Below are positions 29,337 to 38,870 of a stretch of 64,000 bases of DNA, in pieces. Source of the stretch: a virus (taxonomy: Duplodnaviria; Caudoviricetes); the IMG/VR virus record IMGVR_UViG_3300017766_003924, positions 20,478 to 84,477 of that record; one strand, 5' to 3'. Numbering within the stretch: position 1 is the first letter of the stretch; every line of letters begins with the position of its first letter. The notes beneath the pieces are model-generated. The model was not told the origin of the DNA, searched no databases, and saw only the letters and a program-made list of their open reading frames with translations. The translations under genes and the position numbers were made by a program.

Positions 29337-29845
29337 TGAAAGTAGGTATTATACCTGGTGCCTTTAAGCCCCCTCATAAGGGACACTTCTTAGCAGCACA
29401 AAAAGCTGCAGATGAGAATGATATGGTTTATATTCTTATCTCATCAAAGGAGCGAGATGGTATAACTGGTAAGCAGTCTTACGATGTATGGGATACATAT
29501 CGTAATGAATTAACTAACATCATACCGATAATTTGTAAAGTAACACCAGTAAGAGATACATATGAAATGATAGAAGAGTGGAATGCAGACTCAAACTATC
29601 ATCATTATCAGATATCCTTATATGCTGATAAAGAGGATCAAGATAGATTTAAGAGCATTTCAAAATATAGTGGTAACCTAAAGTCTGTAATTCTAAAAGA
29701 ATCAGAACGAGTTCTTTCAGGCACTCTAGTTAGAGAGCATCTCTCTCAAGGAATTATTGAAAATCTTCAAAATGATTTTCCACCACAATTTAATCTGAAT
29801 AATATATTGAAATTGTTAAATGTGACATGTACAATTAGTGCATGA
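29336..29845 (+). CDS. cytidylyltransferase-like (HIGH superfamily) protein
   Basis: PGAFKPPHKGH and LSGTLVR motifs. Confidence 0.85.
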   Translation: MKVGIIPGAFKPPHKGHFLAAQKAADENDMVYILISSKERDGITGKQSYDVWDTYRNELTNIIPIICKVTPVRDTYEMIEEWNADSNYHHYQISLYADKEDQDRFKSISKYSGNLKSVILKESERVLSGTLVREHLSQGIIENLQNDFPPQFNLNNILKLLNVTCTISA

Positions 29846-31827
29846 ATTTTAACAAGACAATGTACATCATGAGAGGGGTACCCGGATCAGGTAAATCCAC
29901 CCTTGCGCATAATATTGCACCTAAAGAGTGCATCTTCTCTACAGATGACTTTTGGGGGCCTTTGTATGAATTCGACATTACCCGTCTCGGAGAAGCTCAT
30001 AGGTGGAACGAGCAGCGCGTTAAAGATGCTGCTCTTGCAAATCTTACACCTATTGTAGTAGATAATACCAATATTCTTAAAAGAGCAGTAGACGTCTACG
30101 TTGAAATTGCAAAAGAGAACGGATATACAGTAGTAATTGCTGAATCTTTTGATCCATTATGGTCTGAATTTAAAGGTCTTGCACGGAGGTATAATGATCC
30201 TACGATACATGGACTAACTCTTGATGAGATGGCTCGTATTAATGCCCGCCGTGAATACATAATTGATGTATTTGCTAAACGCAATATTCACAATGTACCA
30301 AAAATCACCATTGAGAACATGCTTGATAGGTATGAAGCTATTGAATTCACCGACATAGTCAGGCCATATTCTGATACAGCTTTTGAGTTTAGAGACTTTT
30401 TAAAGGCATACAACAATACTTTATTGTCCAATGCTTTTGATTTCTTATTTTCTCTCAAATTCTCATTTCCAAAGCATGATGCATATATCGTAGGTGGATG
30501 TGTAAGGGACATCTTATTAGGTCTTCCTATTAAAGATGTTGATATTTGTACAAATATACCCGTTCAAGATCTCGTACATAAGTTTCATTGTCACGATATC
30601 GGTAAATCAAAAGATTTTGGAATTGTGACAGTTACTTGGAAGCCTGGTGTAACCTTTGAAGTGTCTCACTTTCGTGAAGAATTTGGTACCTCGAACAATC
30701 GGCATCCAGATAATGTACATTTAATTGAGAGTTTCAAAGGTGATACTACCCGGAGAGACTTTACTATTAATAGCATGGGTATTAATGTTTATGGTGTTTT
30801 AGTTGATTTCAATAATGGATTAACTAATTTAAATAACCATATTCTCCGCTGTGTAGGTAACCCAGTAGATCGCTTCACTGAAGATGCATTACGCATCTTG
30901 AGATGTATTCGGTTTGCAGCTGTATACAATCTGAATATTGACCCTAAGACTTGTGAAGGTATCTGGCAAACAAAACATTTATTGCGTAACATATCTCAAG
31001 AGAGGATTACTGATGAATTGTTTAAGGTTGCAGAATCAGGACCTGCTCTTGCTACGTTTATTACTCAGCTTGATGTATTTGGTATACTCGACATTCTATT
31101 TCCTGAAGTAGCAAATTTTAAGGGATACATGCATAATGGAATTCACCATCCTGAAGGTGGTCAAACTCTTTATGGTGCATTCTCGGTAATGGGTCACGTT
31201 ATTGAAGTATTAAAAGCAAGTAAGACTAATAACCCCCTTTATAACGTTGCAGCATTATTCCATGACATTGGTAAGCCCTCTGCATATAGATTAAAAGATG
31301 GTAAGCATACGTATTACGGTCACGAGACTCGCGGAGAGCAGATGTTTGCAGAAATTGGAACAAGATTAAAGCTGGCTAACACCCAGATTAATTTAATTCA
31401 GTTTTGCTGCGGGAAGCACATGTTAGTGCATAATCTTGATACCCTTTCACTCAAGACGCTAATTCCTTTAATTCAGTCTGAGTTTTGGCCTGCATTAAAA
31501 GAAGTGTCATATATGGATGAAGCATCGCGCGGATCAACACACTTTGATATAAATGAGTTCAACAAGCGAATCTCTGATGCAGAAGAAAAGGTAAGATTTG
31601 CATCTGCAGGTCAGGATTTCAATAAGACTTTAAGAGAGTACGTTACTGGAGAAAGAGTCCTTCAAGTAGTACCCGAAATTAGTATTACTAAGAAGTATAT
31701 CGGGTTAGTACTCCAGAAAGTTAAAGATGTTATAATCTCAAAAATTGAGAAGAAAGAAGAGATAACTAAAGAATTTGTTGATGAACAAATTAAAATAGCA
31801 TATACTTCCATTTGTAATGAACAGTGA
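29842..31827 (+). CDS. cca: fusion: AAA_33/N4BP2-like P-loop polynucleotide kinase + class II tRNA nucleotidyltransferase (CCA/poly(A) polymerase) + HD domain
   Basis: MRGVPGSGKST, STDDF, IVVDNTN; AYIVGGCVRD, DVDICT, RRDFTINSM, EDALRILR, SQERI; HHPEG, LFHDIGKP, YGHE. Confidence 0.88.
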   Translation: MNFNKTMYIMRGVPGSGKSTLAHNIAPKECIFSTDDFWGPLYEFDITRLGEAHRWNEQRVKDAALANLTPIVVDNTNILKRAVDVYVEIAKENGYTVVIAESFDPLWSEFKGLARRYNDPTIHGLTLDEMARINARREYIIDVFAKRNIHNVPKITIENMLDRYEAIEFTDIVRPYSDTAFEFRDFLKAYNNTLLSNAFDFLFSLKFSFPKHDAYIVGGCVRDILLGLPIKDVDICTNIPVQDLVHKFHCHDIGKSKDFGIVTVTWKPGVTFEVSHFREEFGTSNNRHPDNVHLIESFKGDTTRRDFTINSMGINVYGVLVDFNNGLTNLNNHILRCVGNPVDRFTEDALRILRCIRFAAVYNLNIDPKTCEGIWQTKHLLRNISQERITDELFKVAESGPALATFITQLDVFGILDILFPEVANFKGYMHNGIHHPEGGQTLYGAFSVMGHVIEVLKASKTNNPLYNVAALFHDIGKPSAYRLKDGKHTYYGHETRGEQMFAEIGTRLKLANTQINLIQFCCGKHMLVHNLDTLSLKTLIPLIQSEFWPALKEVSYMDEASRGSTHFDINEFNKRISDAEEKVRFASAGQDFNKTLREYVTGERVLQVVPEISITKKYIGLVLQKVKDVIISKIEKKEEITKEFVDEQIKIAYTSICNEQ

Positions 31828-32836
31828 AAGTCTAAATGAAAAGGGTGCCTTTAAGCATCTACCTAGAGAGCGTCAACCTGAGAGAATTCCTACACCTTTA
31901 ATACGCAGTGTAATTAAGGATGTAGACAATGAATTCACTTCAGTGGGAACATGCTACTTTATTGATGAAGAAAAGAAAGCGCGCGCATGCGGAAAGTCTA
32001 CGATTGGAGACTTAGATGTTTTGTTTGTTCCCTTTAATACAGATTGGAGACAGCAAATAACTAACTCTCAAAAGGTAAGCGATTTTGTATCTAATGGTCA
32101 TCAATTAATGACTGTTTATAATGTATTTGGTGAAAAATACATGGTAGACTTCATTAGTATTTCGCATACCAAGTTAGAGTTTAACCTATTTTACTTCTCA
32201 TATGGAACCACCCTCTCTGCCTGCTTAGGTTCATTTGCTCGCTCTATCGGATATAAATGGACGAATGAAGGCCTTTTTAAAAGAGTGAAGGATAAGAAGG
32301 GAAATTGGCATAATATCTTTTTAACTGATAAAGTTATTACAGCACTTAACATTTTAGGTTTAAGTCTACCATACCCTAATGTTGATGACCTCTTTACATG
32401 GCAAGGTGTTGCCAACTTTATTACTTCATCGACCCGGTTTAATCACAAATTATGGTCAAATGGTAATCGAGAAGTAACAAATGCAGTTATACCTCTAAAT
32501 AAGAACGCACGTGAAGCAATTGAGAAAAAGCCCGAGACTCTTAATGCAGTCATTCAAATTGCTTTTACATGCAAGGCTGTAGAACCACCTTTAGATATGT
32601 GGCATTTTGAGAGGATTATACTTTCTGAGGATAAAATTGACGAGATTTTAGAAGATATCAACTTTATTGAAAAGATCGACAGAGCTATAACCGGTCACGA
32701 TGTAATAGAGACATTGAAAATTTCTCACGGGCCAACGATTGGTAAAATTCTCAAGGATGTAAACGAAAAATTCACAGAAAACCAAAAAGAAGAAGCAATC
32801 CAGTGGCTTTTAAATAATCGACACTTATATTCTTAA
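31817..32836 (+). CDS. Pol-beta superfamily nucleotidyltransferase-like protein with CCA-enzyme-like C-terminal tail
   Basis: GKSTIGDLDVL...VDF catalytic pattern; C-terminal ITGHDV......GPTIGKIL. Confidence 0.55.
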   Translation: MNSESLNEKGAFKHLPRERQPERIPTPLIRSVIKDVDNEFTSVGTCYFIDEEKKARACGKSTIGDLDVLFVPFNTDWRQQITNSQKVSDFVSNGHQLMTVYNVFGEKYMVDFISISHTKLEFNLFYFSYGTTLSACLGSFARSIGYKWTNEGLFKRVKDKKGNWHNIFLTDKVITALNILGLSLPYPNVDDLFTWQGVANFITSSTRFNHKLWSNGNREVTNAVIPLNKNAREAIEKKPETLNAVIQIAFTCKAVEPPLDMWHFERIILSEDKIDEILEDINFIEKIDRAITGHDVIETLKISHGPTIGKILKDVNEKFTENQKEEAIQWLLNNRHLYS

Positions 32837-32845
32837 TTATACGAT

Positions 32846-33601
32846 ATGAAAGAAGACTTTTTGTTACTCGCAGGTGTTAACAATGAACCAGAGATTTTTT
32901 ATACTCTAGAGGGAGAAGGCAAATATGTCGGCAAACCTTCTGTTTTCATGAGACTCTTCGGATGTAATCTAACATGTAAGGGATTTGCATCTCCCGGTTC
33001 ACCACACGGATGTGACAGTTATATCTCATGGTCGGTAAAGAATAGAGTAAGCTTCGATCAGCTCTTTGAAATCTTCGAAAAGCAAGGCTTTGTTCAGAAC
33101 TTTATTGATGACCATGCAATATTTAAAATCACTGGTGGTGAACCTTTTATTAGAGAGAAGCCATTGATAGAATTTGTCAAAGCATTTAGAGAAAAATATG
33201 GATTTTTACCTCATATTGACTTTGAAACTAACGGAACTATAGTACCTAATGAATTCTGGGATAGAGAAGCAATGGCAACATTTACTGTCTCACCTAAGTT
33301 AGCATCTAATGGTGATCCCTATATAAAGAGATACAATGAAAAGGCATTAGAGTTTCACTCTTTAGCAAATTCTTGCTTCAAATTTGTAGTAAAGTCTGAA
33401 GCAGACATTCAAGAAATTGAAGATAATTACATCACACCTTTTAATTTGATGAGGAGTAAAGTGTATTTGATGCCCTGCTGCGGTAGTCGTGAAGAATTGA
33501 TTCAAAACTGCACGCAAACTGCAGAATGGTGTAAGAAGTATGGCTATAGCTTTAGTTCACGATTACACTTAATGTTGTGGGATAAAGCTCTTAGAGTATA
33601 A
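32846..33601 (+). CDS. queE: 7-carboxy-7-deazaguanine synthase (radical SAM)
   Basis: EIFYTLEGEG, VFMRLFGCNLTC...CDS, ITGGEP, ETNGT, SPKL, FKFVV, RLH. Confidence 0.92.
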   Translation: MKEDFLLLAGVNNEPEIFYTLEGEGKYVGKPSVFMRLFGCNLTCKGFASPGSPHGCDSYISWSVKNRVSFDQLFEIFEKQGFVQNFIDDHAIFKITGGEPFIREKPLIEFVKAFREKYGFLPHIDFETNGTIVPNEFWDREAMATFTVSPKLASNGDPYIKRYNEKALEFHSLANSCFKFVVKSEADIQEIEDNYITPFNLMRSKVYLMPCCGSREELIQNCTQTAEWCKKYGYSFSSRLHLMLWDKALRV

Positions 33602-33607
33602 AATAAT

Positions 33608-33871
33608 ATGTTGGAACAAACCCTTGGCCTTTTAATGACAGCAGGATTCTTTGTATCCTTTTTACCACAAATAATAAAGAGTGTACAGACAAAAAGTACT
33701 GAAGATATAAGTTACTTATTTTTAATCCTATACACCTTTTCTAACTTTTGCGGTATTGCATATACAGCATGTCAAAAGGAGCTCTTTTTATGGTGGATGA
33801 TAAGTTATATTAGCGGAGCCTTTATGGGAATGTTTTTAGTACTTTTAAAATTTTTCAACGACGATAAATAG
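33608..33871 (+). CDS. PQ-loop / SemiSWEET-type small membrane transporter
   Basis: 87 aa, three hydrophobic helices, FLPQIIKS..TKSTEDIS. Confidence 0.85.
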   Translation: MLEQTLGLLMTAGFFVSFLPQIIKSVQTKSTEDISYLFLILYTFSNFCGIAYTACQKELFLWWMISYISGAFMGMFLVLLKFFNDDK

Positions 33872-33875
33872 AATT

Positions 33876-34547
33876 ATGATTATATCAGCAACTGGAACTC
33901 AATGTATAGGTAAAACTACTTTCATTACCGACTTCAAAAATACCTGGAAGAACTATAAGTCTCCAGAAAAGTCTTACCGAGACTTCTTAAAAGCAAAAGA
34001 CATCGCTCATTCTGAGAATGCGACTAAAGAAACTCAAGAAGCAATTCTTGACTCTATTGTAGAGTGCTACAGTCAGTATGATCGAAGAGTAGATAATGTT
34101 ATTATTGATCGATGCCCGATTGACAATCTTGCATATACTCTTTGGCTCTATGAAAATGGTAAGGGTGGTATCGATGATAAGTTTATTGAACAATCCTTAG
34201 CTAAGTGCCAAGAATGTCTGCGCAAGATTGATGTTATATTTTTCTTCCCTATAACCGGAGTAGCCCCTGTTGAATTGGTTTCCGATGGATTTAGAAGTAT
34301 TGATCCAGTTTTTCGTAGCGATATAGATATGATTCTTAAAGCTATTGGCCGTGAATGGCAAAAGGAAAATTCTAAGTTTTACGTACCTGATGATAAGCCT
34401 GCATGGATTGAAATATTTGGAAAACCATTCGAAAGAATTGAAATGGTTAAGCTCTATCTCGATGCAGATGGGGATGTTCATGAATCTTCCGGTATTTTAG
34501 ATCCTTACGAGACTCAAAACCTCGAAAGAGAGTTAGTTTCTAAATAA
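33876..34547 (+). CDS. P-loop NTPase (AAA_28 / nucleoside monophosphate kinase-like)
   Basis: GTQCIGKTT, IIDRCPIDNLAY. Confidence 0.75.
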   Translation: MIISATGTQCIGKTTFITDFKNTWKNYKSPEKSYRDFLKAKDIAHSENATKETQEAILDSIVECYSQYDRRVDNVIIDRCPIDNLAYTLWLYENGKGGIDDKFIEQSLAKCQECLRKIDVIFFFPITGVAPVELVSDGFRSIDPVFRSDIDMILKAIGREWQKENSKFYVPDDKPAWIEIFGKPFERIEMVKLYLDADGDVHESSGILDPYETQNLERELVSK

Positions 34548-34559
34548 ATATAGGTAGAT

Positions 34560-34763
34560 ATGAATGAATTTAATCAGAAGGCATCTAAAGTTCTAAATGA
34601 GCAGTTTAAGTCTATAAAGCATACAAAGCGTGTGTTTTATCCTCGTAACTTTAATGTTTCTGATGAGTTCATCAATGCCCTCAAGAAGGAATTCGTTAAG
34701 CACAAGACTACTAAAGCAGAATTCCTCGTAAGATTAAAAAAGGCGTTAGACTTTCACATCTAA
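34560..34763 (+). CDS. hypothetical protein
   Basis: 67 aa; TAAATA upstream. Confidence 0.55.
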   Translation: MNEFNQKASKVLNEQFKSIKHTKRVFYPRNFNVSDEFINALKKEFVKHKTTKAEFLVRLKKALDFHI

Positions 34764-34787
34764 CGCCTCCCTAGTCTGATCTTAGGG

Positions 34788-35459
34788 TTATTTCTTAATT
34801 GTTTTTAGAACAGTAATGATATGCTTGAGAATTTCACTTCTCTTGATATCTTCTTCAGTAAATCTGAATACATGTATACCTTTCTCAACATTCTCAGGGG
34901 TATCGAATGCATCTAATACCTTCTTAAAGCCAGAGTGAGAACCGATATCTGCTTGCATCGTGTCACCAATTACAAACACTTTGCTATTTTCACCAATTCG
35001 TGTCAATACAGTTTGAAGTTCATCAAAATAATTATTTTGAGCTTCATCAACAATAACTACATTATTAGTAAAGGTACTCCCTCTCAAGTAGTTTACGGGC
35101 ATACACTTTACCTTCTCATCAATAAACAGCTTTGCAGCAATTTCTTTATTGACTAATTCATCCATCTTATCCAAGAGAGGGATAGTCCAAGGTTTAAATT
35201 TATCAGTTTCTGCACCTGGTAATATACCAAATTGTTTGTGTGCACTTTCTACTATAGATCGTATATAAAGTAAATGATCATAGCGTTTTTCAGAGAGATA
35301 CTTTAGTGCAACATATACCGCTAAGAATGTTTTTGCTGCTCCTGCAGGTCCATCTATGAAGATAAGTTTAGTAGATTCATCCATTGCCACCCTCAGAAAT
35401 GCATTCTGAGTGTCCGTAAATTTATAAGGTTTTTTAACCTCAAATTTTGGTTTTGACAT
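34788..35459 (-). CDS. phoH: PhoH-like ATPase
   Basis: GPAGAAKT, YLRGSTF, VDEAQN, TRIGENSK, GDTMQAD, RSEI. Confidence 0.93.
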   Translation of the reverse strand: MSKPKFEVKKPYKFTDTQNAFLRVAMDESTKLIFIDGPAGAAKTFLAVYVALKYLSEKRYDHLLYIRSIVESAHKQFGILPGAETDKFKPWTIPLLDKMDELVNKEIAAKLFIDEKVKCMPVNYLRGSTFTNNVVIVDEAQNNYFDELQTVLTRIGENSKVFVIGDTMQADIGSHSGFKKVLDAFDTPENVEKGIHVFRFTEEDIKRSEILKHIITVLKTIKK

Positions 35460-35535
35460 CTACAAATATTTAATGTAACTCTCTCCAGGCTTAATGTAAA
35501 TATGTAAAATAATTTTCATAGCATTATTTGGAAAT

Positions 35536-36396
35536 TTGTATATAATAATTGATATGAACGTCGGATTAGTAATAGTGACATACAATCGTCCTGAGTATTT
35601 CAGACAAGTCTTAAGATCAATAATTGACACAGATTGTGGAGATGTCCTTAACAACATCGTAATTGTAAATGATGGTACACCTTACCCTCATTGTAAAGAA
35701 TTATTTGAGATAGGAGAGTGGAAAGATGATATGGCTAATAGCTTCTGTAAAACTACTACTCTTAATCACAAACGCAATTTTGGCGTTGCTACTGCAAAAA
35801 ATAATGGATTGAGAGAACTTTACCATAAGACAGATGTAGAACACTTTTTTGTTATTGAGGATGACATATTAATTAAGAATAAAGATGTGTTTACTGCATA
35901 TATTGAAGCAAGTGATATTTCAGGATTAAAGCACTTCTGTTATGCATTACACGGACCAGCCAATAAGTTAAATAAGAAAGCAAACCCAAAGCTCACACTG
36001 AACTATAAAGATGGTGTTAGTGTTAGCCTCTATGAACATTGTGTAGGTGCATTCTGCTATTATCATAGGTCTGTATTTGATAAAGTAGGGTTTATGGACG
36101 AGAAACTTGTCAATGCCTGGGAACATTGCCTTCATACCTATGAAATTTATAAAGAAGGTTTATGTACACCCTTTTGGTGGATTCCTGATATAACCGATTC
36201 TGAAAAATATCTCTCTGAAATTGCATGTTCAGAAGATAGCTCAGTAATTAGACCTCGTGAAGATTGGCGTACTAATATTTCAAAAGGCGCAGAGAGAGTT
36301 AAAGGACTCATAGGCTATTATCCCTGGGAAATTCCTGTTGAAAGAGAAGAAATAGTAATCGGTCAACTCAAGAATATGAAATTAAATGAAAAGTAA
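35536..36396 (+). CDS. glycosyltransferase family 2
   Basis: IVTYNRP, IVNDG, GVATAKN, IEDD, GFMDE; likely true start ATG at 35554. Confidence 0.88.
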   Translation: MYIIIDMNVGLVIVTYNRPEYFRQVLRSIIDTDCGDVLNNIVIVNDGTPYPHCKELFEIGEWKDDMANSFCKTTTLNHKRNFGVATAKNNGLRELYHKTDVEHFFVIEDDILIKNKDVFTAYIEASDISGLKHFCYALHGPANKLNKKANPKLTLNYKDGVSVSLYEHCVGAFCYYHRSVFDKVGFMDEKLVNAWEHCLHTYEIYKEGLCTPFWWIPDITDSEKYLSEIACSEDSSVIRPREDWRTNISKGAERVKGLIGYYPWEIPVEREEIVIGQLKNMKLNEK

Positions 36397-37219
36397 TATT
36401 ACTCACATATTTCATGTAAGACTTGATACGGAAGAAAGACGTCAAAACCTTATCAACATTATTGTCTTCTTTAGTAAGTATTCTAAAGAAAATGACATAC
36501 CCTTTATCTTTATTGAAGATGATACAGAACCGAGATTTAAAGAAGTATATGATACATACTGTCATTATCTCTCTCCTAATAGTGACTATAGATTTCGTCT
36601 AAATGAAGGTATTTGGCAGAAGTGTAAATCATTTAATTATGGTCTCTCACTCGTTAAGACAGACTATGCTGTCTTTCATGATGTAGATGCAATTTTAAAT
36701 CCTCAACAAATTTTCGATTCTGTTACTGAATTACAATCAGACTCTGAAGCTTGTTTATGCTATCCGTATAATGGATATTTTATATGCTTATCATTTAAGC
36801 TTAAGCGAGAGTTTGAAAATGAAGGTTATCAAATATCAACTCTTTTGAGTCATTATAAACCAGGAATGCCAGTAAATTGGCAAGATGAAAACATCTTAGT
36901 AGGTCACTATAATTCTGTGGGTGGATGTGTTGTAGCAAAAGTAGATCTTTTCCGTAAGTGTGGAGGCTATAATGAAAACTTTATTGGTTGGGGATATGAA
37001 GATAATGAAATCGGTCATAGGGTGTATGGTCTCGGATATAAGGTTGTAAGGCTTTCAGATCTTAATTCACCACTCTTTCATATGCCCCATAGCGGTGAAG
37101 GTGCATCTCCTCGAGAACATAATCCTTATTACGAACACAATCGTGCAGAATGCACTAAGATTGAGAAAATGGGATTTTCAGAATTAAAAGAATATATACA
37201 AACTTGGAAAAATGAATAA
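36386..37219 (+). CDS. glycosyltransferase with galactosyltransferase (GT7 C-terminal-like) domain
   Basis: RRQNL, FHDVD, GGYNENFIGWGYED, LFHMPH. Confidence 0.85.
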   Translation: MKSNITHIFHVRLDTEERRQNLINIIVFFSKYSKENDIPFIFIEDDTEPRFKEVYDTYCHYLSPNSDYRFRLNEGIWQKCKSFNYGLSLVKTDYAVFHDVDAILNPQQIFDSVTELQSDSEACLCYPYNGYFICLSFKLKREFENEGYQISTLLSHYKPGMPVNWQDENILVGHYNSVGGCVVAKVDLFRKCGGYNENFIGWGYEDNEIGHRVYGLGYKVVRLSDLNSPLFHMPHSGEGASPREHNPYYEHNRAECTKIEKMGFSELKEYIQTWKNE

Positions 37220-38051
37220 AATTGTAATACCCAACCTTAAAGGCGGTCTCGGTAATCAGATGTTTCAGATTGCAACAACCTATGCATATGCGCAAAAGCA
37301 TGGATTAGATTGGGGCGTTAACTACAATCTGCAGCATTATTGTATACAGGGACATAATCCGAATCGCTACAAAGATACCCTCTTTAAAAACATTCCTGAA
37401 AAGAGAGTGAATATGGAGAACTTTAAGACTTATAGTGAACCTAAGTTCTCATATACCGAGATTCCCCTATTAGACACGACGCATAATATTGTTCTAGATG
37501 GGTATTTTCAATCAGAGAAGTACTTTAGTGATGAATCAGTGCGAGCATATATACAGAACACGTTATTCTCTGTTCCGAATGATGTTTATTCAAAAGTAGT
37601 ATCAAGTATTCAAAAGATAAAAGAACGACTCGGATACGATTCTCTCATTGGTATTCATGTTCGTCGCGGTGACTATAAAGTTTATTCGTCTACCCATCCA
37701 CTTTGCCCACCATCTTACTACAAGGATGCTATTAGAATTATTCGGAGTAAAATTAAAGATCAGAAGATGGGAATACTTCTCTTTACTGATGACCCTAATT
37801 CAGTATTTAGTGAGTTTAATTTTGAGGAAAATGATAACGTTATATTCTTCAATGGCTCATCTGAGTTAGAAGATCTCTGTGGATTATCTCTTTGTGATAA
37901 TTTAGTAATCTGCAACAGCTCATTCTCTTGGTGGGGTTCATATTTAGGTAACCCGAGATATGTAGTTGCACCTACAAAATGGTTCGGGGTAGATGGACCG
38001 AAAGATTTCCACGATGTTTTTAGAAAAGATTGGATTAAACTCAATTATTAA
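37212..38051 (+). CDS. alpha-1,2-fucosyltransferase family (GT11)
   Basis: GGLGNQMFQ, GYFQSEKYF, IHVRRGDY, FTDD, NSSFSWWG. Confidence 0.92.
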   Translation: MNKIVIPNLKGGLGNQMFQIATTYAYAQKHGLDWGVNYNLQHYCIQGHNPNRYKDTLFKNIPEKRVNMENFKTYSEPKFSYTEIPLLDTTHNIVLDGYFQSEKYFSDESVRAYIQNTLFSVPNDVYSKVVSSIQKIKERLGYDSLIGIHVRRGDYKVYSSTHPLCPPSYYKDAIRIIRSKIKDQKMGILLFTDDPNSVFSEFNFEENDNVIFFNGSSELEDLCGLSLCDNLVICNSSFSWWGSYLGNPRYVVAPTKWFGVDGPKDFHDVFRKDWIKLNY

Positions 38052-38056
38052 ATTTT

Positions 38057-38701
38057 ATGTTACTAGATTTAAATCACTGTATTAAAAAGTATGAGATGAA
38101 CCTTAAGGGTGTTATCCATATTGGCGCACACTTTGGAGAAGAAATAGAAGCATATCTTCAAATACCTACCATTACATCAGTATTGATGTTTGAACCTCAT
38201 CCGGATACCTTTGAGACTCTTAAACAAAAGGTTGAAGCACATAATTATAAAGAGAAGTTTGAAAACTTTTTTATTGTTAATAAAGGTCTTGGACCCTTTA
38301 GCTGCAAAATTGATATGTTTACTGAAACTGCTAATCAAGGTCAAAGTAATTCAGTATTAAAGCCTAAAGTTCATGCAGTTCAATATCCTAATATTAAGTT
38401 TGAAGGTAAGATTGAAATACAATTAGACCCTCTTGATAGATATGAGCCTTCAGAAGTCTTTAACTTTATCAATATTGATGTACAGGGGTTTGAGATGGAG
38501 GTCTTTAGAGGTGCACGAAAAACTCTAAAAAACATTGATTACATCATGACTGAAGTAAATCGTGATGAACTCTATGAGGGTTGTGCACAAGTAGAAGAAT
38601 TAGATGAATTTTTATCTAAACATCACTTTAAACGTGTTGAAACATCATGGGCTGGAGCAACTTGGGGTGATGCGCTCTACATAAAATCTGATTGGTATTA
38701 A
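38057..38701 (+). CDS. FkbM-family methyltransferase
   Basis: HIGAHFGEE, FEP, IDVQGFEMEVFRGA, EVN, WGDALY. Confidence 0.9.
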   Translation: MLLDLNHCIKKYEMNLKGVIHIGAHFGEEIEAYLQIPTITSVLMFEPHPDTFETLKQKVEAHNYKEKFENFFIVNKGLGPFSCKIDMFTETANQGQSNSVLKPKVHAVQYPNIKFEGKIEIQLDPLDRYEPSEVFNFINIDVQGFEMEVFRGARKTLKNIDYIMTEVNRDELYEGCAQVEELDEFLSKHHFKRVETSWAGATWGDALYIKSDWY

Positions 38702-38702
38702 G

Positions 38703-38870
38703 ATGATTACCTTGTTAAGCATCTTAGGCATACATTTATATAATATTCACTCTCTCGATTCTTCATATAGAAAAAGAATTAGAGAGGAGTGTGATAGAGT
38801 ATTAAATCAACCTAAGTATACTCCAACATACCCAACGTTTAAGCGTACCTTTCCTGACGTAAAATTATGA
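38703..38870 (+). CDS. small hypothetical protein (55 aa) not in ORF track
   Basis: Manual translation MITLLSILGIH...FPDVKL; fills the gap and overlaps the next start as ATGA. Confidence 0.45.
   Translation: MITLLSILGIHLYNIHSLDSSYRKRIREECDRVLNQPKYTPTYPTFKRTFPDVKL

Noticed and set aside
30130-30340. Apparent short internal duplication in the kinase domain (R..IHGLTLDEMAR versus RNIHNVPKITIENMLDR)
   Set aside because: Similarity is weak, with no nucleotide-level repeat; probably an ordinary loop insertion.
23594-32836. A hidden DpdA/TGT among the 340-435 aa unknown ORFs
   Set aside because: No TGT-barrel motifs (e.g. DSGG/DCGAF-type) recognised; other folds fit better. A remote homologue cannot be excluded without HMM or structure searches.
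34788-35459. phoH as a novel auxiliary metabolic gene
   Set aside because: Very common in T4-like environmental phages; only its inverted orientation is notable.
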